Source: Piromyces finnis finn (taxonomy: Eukaryota; Fungi; Neocallimastigomycota). From it: a DNA stretch of 64,000 nucleotides. The notes under the pieces are model-generated. The model saw nothing but the letters and a program-made list of their open reading frames with translations, had not been told where the DNA came from and searched no databases. The DNA lies in NCBI GenBank assembly GCA_002104945.1, contig MCFH01000051.1:62001-126000 (forward strand), given 5' to 3'. A program made the translations under genes and the position numbers. Position 1 is the stretch's first letter, and each line of letters opens with the position of its first letter. Shown here in pieces: positions 56,364-64,000 of the stretch.

Positions 56364-57503
56364 ATGGCAAGAAAAAGAAAAAGAAATACTAATAATAAAG
56401 GTAAAAGAAATTTTCCAGTTGAAGAAGAAGATGAATATATTGCCTTTGATGAAAATAGTAGAAAGTAATTAAAATAATTGAATAATATAATAAAATAATA
56501 TTAAAAATGTATATTGCTTTATTATGATAATAATATTAATAATAATAATTATAATTATATAATAATTTTAGAGAATTTTTAACCGGATTCCACAAAAGAA
56601 AACTTGAAAGAAAACAAAAAACTATTGATAAAATTAATAAAAGAATAAAATTAGAAGAACAGGAAGCTAAAAAAGAGGTATTGTTGAATTAATGATAATA
56701 AACAATTTTTAATTATTACAATCTAAAAATTACCCATTTAAACTATATAATAACACATAAAATATAAAAAATAAAACAAAAATTTATATTAAAATATATT
56801 ATATATTATTTATATTATTTATTATTTATATTATTTATATAATAAATTATACCTCTAATATTTGATTATTATCAATACTCAAAAAAAAAAAAAAAAAAAG
56901 AAAAGAAAGAGTGAAAGAAGTTCAAAATTAAAAGTTTTAGACACCTTAAAGCATATTGAAAAAGTACAAAAAGTAATAGAAGGAGCTCCAATAGATACAT
57001 TAAACTCTGATAATGAATCTGATAATGAATTTGAAAATACTTCTGAAATAGAACCAAAAGTCCCATTATCTTCAGACGATACCCATAAAAAGAATATTGA
57101 AAGTATATCTGAATACAAAAGTAATAAAACTCTTACTACAGTTACTACTGTATCAGGTATTGATCTTTCAAATCCATTAGAAGAATTTGAAAATGAAATT
57201 AATCAATTAAACGGTTCTAATGACAATAAAGACTATGAAAATAATTATGAAAGTGACAATGATGAAAAACCTAAACATAGAGAATATTTAATTAAATCTA
57301 TAAAACAAAAGAAGCATAATAATAACGTTAAGTAAGTTATTAATATTAAATAAACTATGGGGAAAAAACATTAATAATATTATACAAATAAAATATAACT
57401 AACTATTTTTATTAATATATTTTTATATATCTATACTTTTAGAAATAAAAATATTAAAGGAAAATTCAAAAATAATAAAAAGAATGGCAAAAAAAGAAAA
57501 TAA
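56364..57503 (+). CDS. RRP17: Nucleolar protein Rrp17/NOL12 (Nop25 family), 4 exons
   Basis: Exons 56364-56464, 56572-56677, ~56901-57331, 57443-57503. Diagnostic IAFDENSRKEFLTGFHKRKLERK, a later TTVTTV segment and a Lys-rich C-terminus. Confidence 0.88.
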
Positions 57504-57813
57504 TCTTTCTATTTTAATACCGTTAATACAATTTTTTTTATTATTATTTATTTAATAAGTTTAACTTTTTTCTATATAATCTCATATGTATTTCATTTAA
57601 ATATATTAAATAAAATAATCTAATTAAAAAAAAAAAAAATAAATAATATTATGTATTTAAAGATGAATATATACTCATTAATGCATCTATTATATATTTA
57701 TATTATATTCAAATTTGTTTTTATTGTATAATTATGGATAAACGAAGTTTTCTTTATTGTTACGTATTAATATGTAATTACAAGAAAAAAAATAATTTAT
57801 ATAATATTTTATA

Positions 57814-59507
57814 TTACAAAAATAAACCGGTATATGCTTCAGTTAGTGCTCTGTTAAATGTGAGCGACGGTACAAATCCACCAGCTCTAATACTACGATC
57901 TTTTTTAATTTGATTTGTTATACTATTTAAAATATATATATTATTTTTATAATTTATAATTTTAGATAAAAAATTAAGCATTTTAAATAATGGTAATAAT
58001 AATAATAAAATCTTACACATCATTATAAGGATACTTTAATTTTGAAGATATATCCATATCTAAATAAGTATAATCCATTGGATCAAACATTCCTTCTAAT
58101 TCTTCATCATCTTCTTCAGCAAACAGATCTTGATCATTTTTATTAATATCATCAAATTCAATAAATAAATTCTTCTTTTTGTTAGATTTTTTGGATTTCA
58201 AAATTTCATTAGCAGATTGATTCGATGAAGCCTTTAATAAATAAATATATATATATATAAAAATAATTTAAATATTTAATTTAAAAATAGTTGTAAAAAA
58301 AAAAAAAATAACTAACCAATATATTAATAATATCATTTTGTTCTTCTTCTTTTGCACGTTCTTCTTCTCTAGCAAGTTGTAAATAAGCCTCTTTTCTTCT
58401 TAATTTTTCTTCTTTCTCTTTTTCTAATCTATAAGCAATGGCTTTTTCTTCGTTTTTCTAATTTATTGATACATTCTTGATAAATAATATATATATAGCT
58501 TATATAAATATACTTTTACTATAAATAATTATAATTACTTGTTTAGCAGCATTTGTTGTAATTAATGCTTGATTCTCTATTCTCCATTTCTCAATTTTTT
58601 CATTTGTTTCTTTAACATCAATATTATTAGCTAAATTAAACACTTATATATATAATACAATCAAAATATTAATTATATTTATATTAATGCTAATGGATTA
58701 ACAAAATTGAAATTAAAAGAAATTATTATTACTAATTTCTTCCACAACTTCAAGATAGTCATTATACTTTCTTAAATCTCCACCAAAGTCTTCTAAACGC
58801 TTATTAAACCTATAATGTGATATGAACAATTTTGGATTTGAAATCAGATGAAATACAATTTGAAATTAAAAACTGAATTTTAAGAATTTTGAATATTTCA
58901 TTAATATTTCATTTCCATAATATTTAATCTTACAATTTTCCAACTTTTTTTCGAATTTGAACTTCTTTTTCAACATATAAATTTTCAAATGTTTGTGGAA
59001 CAAAATAAGTTTTACGTAAAATAGCTTTACAAATGGGACAAGGTGCAGCACCATGTGTATAAAGTCTATTAATACATGATTCACACCTATATTATAATAA
59101 TATGGTATTTTTTTTTTTTTTTTTTGATATATATATCGAATATTTAATGAATTTAAAACATTTATTTATGAAAAGAATTAGCAAAAACCTTTAATTAATA
59201 AATTTTATATTATTGGTGTAATGATTTTACATTTTATGAAAGCACGGACTAACAAGAATTTTCATATTTGGATTTAAATATTTCTGACTATTTTTTTAAA
59301 GAATAATAGGTTATTATTGTTGTTGTTGTTGTTATTGTTGTTGTTGTTGTTGTTGTTATAAATCGGAAAAAAAATATATCCCATTAATAAAGTAAAATAA
59401 ATATTAGTAAGTTTTAATATTGATTTCTCTTATAAATACCTTTTACAAATCGGGCATACAACATTCTCAAATGAAGGAATAGCTTGTTGAACATTCTCTT
59501 TGCTCAT
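57814..59507 (-). CDS. TFB3: CDK-activating kinase assembly factor MAT1/Tfb3 (TFIIH subunit), multi-exon
   Basis: RING domain CPICK.SQKYLNPNMKILVSPCFHKMCESCINRLYTHGAAPCPICK, then TFENLYVEKEVQIRK, FNKRLEDFGGDLRKYNDYLE and C-terminal RAGGFVPSLTFNRALTEAYTGLF. Confidence 0.94.
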
Positions 59508-62500
59508 CTTAAATATTCTATATTATTATTAAATACTTTATAAATATTCACTATTATTTTTAAAACGATAATATTCCCTTATTAACTTAATCTTAAATAA
59601 GATCTTATATTCAATACTCTAAATTTCTTAAATTATAAAGTCAATTATTACTATTGATAAAAAAGAAAAAGAAAATTTTAATTATATAAATTTTTAATAA
59701 AATTTTTCAATATAATCTAACCTGTAGAATTAAATAGGTTAGATTATTTTTAAAAATTACATAATTTTATAATTTATTAAAATAATTTACATAATTATGT
59801 CTAAATATTAATATATCTAAGTTTCTGTCAAAGTAAAATAATTCTTTAATTCTAACTTTCATACAATTTTTACGCTAAAATTAAAGTATTGTATGATAAA
59901 AATATATGTGTATTTATTTAATAATTAATAGTTGCTTTCTATTATTATAATTATTGTTATTATGATAAATAAAAAAAAAATTTTTATTATAAGAAATAGT
60001 TTTCAATTTTACTGTTAAGATTATTAATTTTACTTCATAGCAAGTTTTTTTAATAAAGAACAATATATAAAATTAGGTCATTTCAAAAAATATAGATATT
60101 TAAAGAATATATATGTAATGATAATAAATATTAATATAATTATAGTTAAAAAAAAAAAGCAATAAACATAATTAAAAATATGAAAATGATATTTTTTTTT
60201 TTTAAATATTATAAATTCTTAAATGGGTTATTTATTACATTATAATAATTTATAAAAATATAAATAATAAATAAACATTAGCATCTTTATTTTATATATA
60301 TTTATATGATTATTACTTTATATATAACATAAGTGCTTCTTATTTTCTTCATATATATATATAATAAAAAAATAAATATGAAATAATAACAACTATAAAT
60401 TTAATATAATTTTTATTTATAATTACATTAAAAACTAAATAAATCTTTTTTCATTTTTATAATAATTAGCTGTCCAATAGTCATTTTCTGTAATTTTTAT
60501 TTCTATTTCTATTTTTTTTTTCTATAAAGTATTATAATAGTAGTAAAAAAAAAAAAGAAATAAAATTCAATTTATTATATGTGGATAAAAAATTAAAAGA
60601 ATACTTTTATGAGATAAAAATTAAAAATATATTTAAATAAGTAATAGTATAAATGCTCTTTATTATCTTATTATATATATATATTTTTTTGAACTTTTAA
60701 ACTTTCTCATAAAATTTATATAAAATTTATGATATTAATTTTTCTTATGAAAATAAAATTTGTTAGGAAGTTTTCTTAAAGTAAAATTTAAAAAAAAAAA
60801 AAAAATCAATTTATATTAATATAAATATATATATAAATGAGTAAATAAAGAAAAATAATTTATATAAATATGCACTCTATATAAAAGAAATGAAGAAAAT
60901 AATACAATATAGATGTATGTAATGGGAATGATAAATATTGTATATATATTATTACTAAGAAGCATTTTACCAATTAATTGATTGTATTCAAAAATTTTAA
61001 CAAAGCTCTTTGAGAATATTATTTTTTATTATGGTTAGCAATTCTATTACTTTTTTATATCATGATAATTTTTTTAAATATTATTAATTATAATTAAATA
61101 TTTATTTACTTTTAATTTTTATGTTTTTTTTATAATGAACTTATTAATTACATTTTAATAGAGTTTTATAAAATGAAATCTATGTATTTTAAGAAAGTCT
61201 ATAAAATATATATAATTAATAAATATATGAGGATAGTGGTAAAATTAAATATAAATTATTATAAATAATATTAATAAATTTTAGTAAAAGTTTCTACCTG
61301 AATTAACAAATGATTATTAAAGTTTTTTTCCTTTAAAATTACAGTATTTTTTTATTTAAATATATTGATAATTTTTACTATTTATTTTATATTAGTTAAG
61401 TTATATATGTTTTACTTGGAAACTTTATTATTATTAAATTATAATCAATAAATTCATTTTATTTGTTAAAAATGTTTTGATTTATTAAAATCTACTGAAA
61501 ATAAATTAAATTTAATATATTGTTTTATTTTAATTTTATATTACAATCGACCATTGAATACAAATTATCCTATAATATAGTAATATATGTTATTATATAT
61601 TTTCACGATTTTTAATAACATTATTTATTATAAATATTACATTTTTATATAATACATTTTATAATAAACTATTAAGTATTAATATATTAAGTAATACAAG
61701 TGCATTTAATATTATTTATATTATAAATTATAAATCATTTTTATTATTAAAGTTTAATAATTATAGTAATTTAGTATTTCAAAAAAAAAAAAAATAAAAA
61801 ATTAAATTATTATATATTATAATGTATATTATAAATATAAAACATAATATATAACATTAATTAAATAATAATTAAATACCATTTTTATGTAAATTTAAAA
61901 AGATTAAAAGTTGAATAACCATAAATATCATACAAATAAGTTTTTTTTTTTTTTTTTTTTTTTTTTGAAAATAAAAGGGAAACCATTTTATTATAATGCT
62001 ATAAAGCCGAAAAAAAAATTAAATTAAAATTATTAAATAATCAAGTATATTAAAAAAACTAATTTACCTAATATATTTATAAAACTTTTAACATTATTAT
62101 TAAGATAATAATAATTATGTCATTTTTTAATATTTTTTTTTTAAAATGAGTAAAAGTATACATATAATGTAATATATTTTTTTATTTTTCATAAATTATA
62201 TAAAATTATAATTTATTATATCATTAAAAAAATATTTTTTAATACAGATTAATACAGATAATTTACAATTTACAATTATATTAATTATATATTAAATTTA
62301 ATTTATAATAATTAAGCTTTTTATTTATTATTATGTAGGATTAATAATATAATACCTTTTTTTTTTTATTTTTATTATTATTTTTTTAATTTTAAATATC
62401 TTAATTTTTTTTTTATTGTTCTTCATCTTTTAATTGAATTAGAAATGTTATTTTAATTTAATTGTTGTTGTGGTTTATATTTTTACTGATATTAAAATAT

Positions 62501-62721
62501 TAAATAATAAGTTGAAAAGAAATTATAATAAAGAAATAGTATAGAAACATATAAAGTAGAATTAAACCACAATTACAAAATAAAGTAAGGTTGATAAAAC
62601 ATCACATTTATTATTTTTAAATATATATAATTGTTAATAATATTAATACATATACATTTTATTTTACCATTACTTTTTAATTTTATTAGTATTTATATAT
62701 ATATTTAAAAGAAGAAAAAGT

Positions 62722-62762
<41 letters not shown>

Positions 62763-63487
62763 ATATTAATTATGTAATAAATAATAAATTAAATAGTGCT
62801 ATATAAAGAGAATTACTTTATAAAATATACAACAAAATAATATTATTATAATATAATAATATTATTATTTCTTCTTTTTCTTCTTATTTATATTTTATTT
62901 TTTTTCTTTTAAATTAAAATTACTTTATTTAAACTTTTTTTTTTTTTGATATTAATATAGATAATTATATGAAATGTTTTGAGCTGATAAAACTATATTT
63001 TATTTACTAAATTATTATTTATTTATTATATTATTAATTTTATATAGCGAAGATATAACAAAAATCTATTAAAATTAAGTAAGAAAAATTATCGAGAAAA
63101 AATTTTCTATATGAAAATGAGCTATATATAAAAGATCTGATAAAAACAAAATACAGAAAGCAAAATATATATAACAATAATAAAAATTTAGAAATAATTA
63201 TATATAATTTAAATATTATTCAAATATTAAAACAAACATTCGACATTTTTTCTTCTTTCTTTTACTTATAGATTATAGATTTTAATTAATACTCGAAGGT
63301 AACTCTATATATAAATGATATATAAAGTATTATTTAGAAATATATATATATTAAAATTTATATATTCTATTCTCAAATATAAGTTTATTTTAAAGTAAAG
63401 TAATTAGTAGAATTTAAAATAGCTTTATTTTAAATTATACGTTAAACAATTTGATATTGTTTATTAAAATATTATATATTTAAAAGA

Positions 63488-63649
63488 CCAAAACCAAAAC
63501 TAAAACCAAAACCAAAACCAAAACCAAAAAGACAAAAAAAAAAAACAAAAAAACAAAACAAAAAAATAAAAACAAACAAACAAACAAACAAACAAAACAA
63601 AACAAAACAAAACAAAAAAAAAAAACAAGCAATAATAACAACAAACAAA
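63488..63649 (+). repeat. A/C-rich compound repeat (CCAAAA)n-(AAAC)n-(AAAAC)n just upstream of the CDC24 start
   Basis: About 160 nt almost free of G and with very few T on the + strand, ending ~40 nt before the ATG at 63687. Confidence 0.9.
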
Positions 63650-63686
63650 TAAATTTTTTATATAGAATAATAGAAAATTAAAAATC

Positions 63687-64000
63687 ATGAATATTGAATT
63701 ACCAGTAGCAACAAACGTACGTGTCAATACTGATTCGTTATATCAACAATGTTTAAAGCTTATTGAAAAAATTTATCCTTTGGAAGGATTTGATACTATC
63801 TTATTTTCTGATGGTGACTACTCAAAAATTTCAGATCCTGTAAAAATAATATGGGATATGTGCCGTTTAGGTAGTCCACTTTGTTTATTATATAATTTAT
63901 TACAACCAACAACTCCATTAGAAGCGAAACAAGGTGATAATATTTCAAAAGCTAATGTATCAAAACGTTGTGTTTTCCTTTTTATTCAAGCATGTCGTTC
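63687..64000 (+). CDS. CDC24: Cdc24/Scd1 RhoGEF, N-terminal CDC24 calponin-homology domain (truncated by window end)
   Basis: Open frame to the window edge: MNIELPV..SLYQQCLKLIEKI..DPVKIIWDMCRLGSPLCLLYNLLQP..KRCVFLFIQACR, matching the fungal CDC24 CH pattern DPV..lw...r.G.pLc.l.N.l.P. Absent from the ORF track because it has no stop. Confidence 0.85.
   Translation, partial: MNIELPVATNVRVNTDSLYQQCLKLIEKIYPLEGFDTILFSDGDYSKISDPVKIIWDMCRLGSPLCLLYNLLQPTTPLEAKQGDNISKANVSKRCVFLFIQACR

Noticed and set aside
63488-63727. (CCAAAA)n as an interstitial telomere, and ORF 63500..63727
   Set aside because: The unit does not match TTAGGG-type fungal telomere repeats and grades into AAAC/AAAAC; the ORF is only the repeat read on the minus strand.

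Overview
Eukaryotic, extremely AT-rich, intron-rich genomic DNA, most consistent with an anaerobic gut fungus (Neocallimastigomycota). The basis is fungal non-catalytic dockerin (CBM10-like) modules, long A/T homopolymers and (AAT)n tracts, and short GT-AG introns. I hand-spliced 14 complete protein-coding genes plus the 5' end of a 15th. Recognisable housekeeping genes: EB1/BIM1, PRP43, organellar-type SHMT, LSM1, DNA2, RTP1/TANGO6, RRP17/NOL12, TFB3/MAT1 and the start of CDC24. Six genes are less ordinary: (1) an intronless 1539-aa secreted, probably GPI-anchored protein with a Firmicutes-type transglutaminase-like domain whose Cys/His catalytic residues look replaced, followed by bacterial-type Ig-like/surface repeat modules; (2) a non-catalytic cellulosome-type protein with three CBM29-like modules and three dockerins; (3) a strongly degenerate SLC25 carrier; (4) a tail-anchored WCGPC thioredoxin with an SHP-box-like motif; (5) a RasGEF-family protein whose motifs look Epac/PDZ-GEF (Rap-GEF)-like but which has no visible cNMP domain; (6) a ~736-aa orphan. 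I saw no tRNA, rRNA, CRISPR array or transposon. Family assignments come from motif recognition by eye, not database searches.
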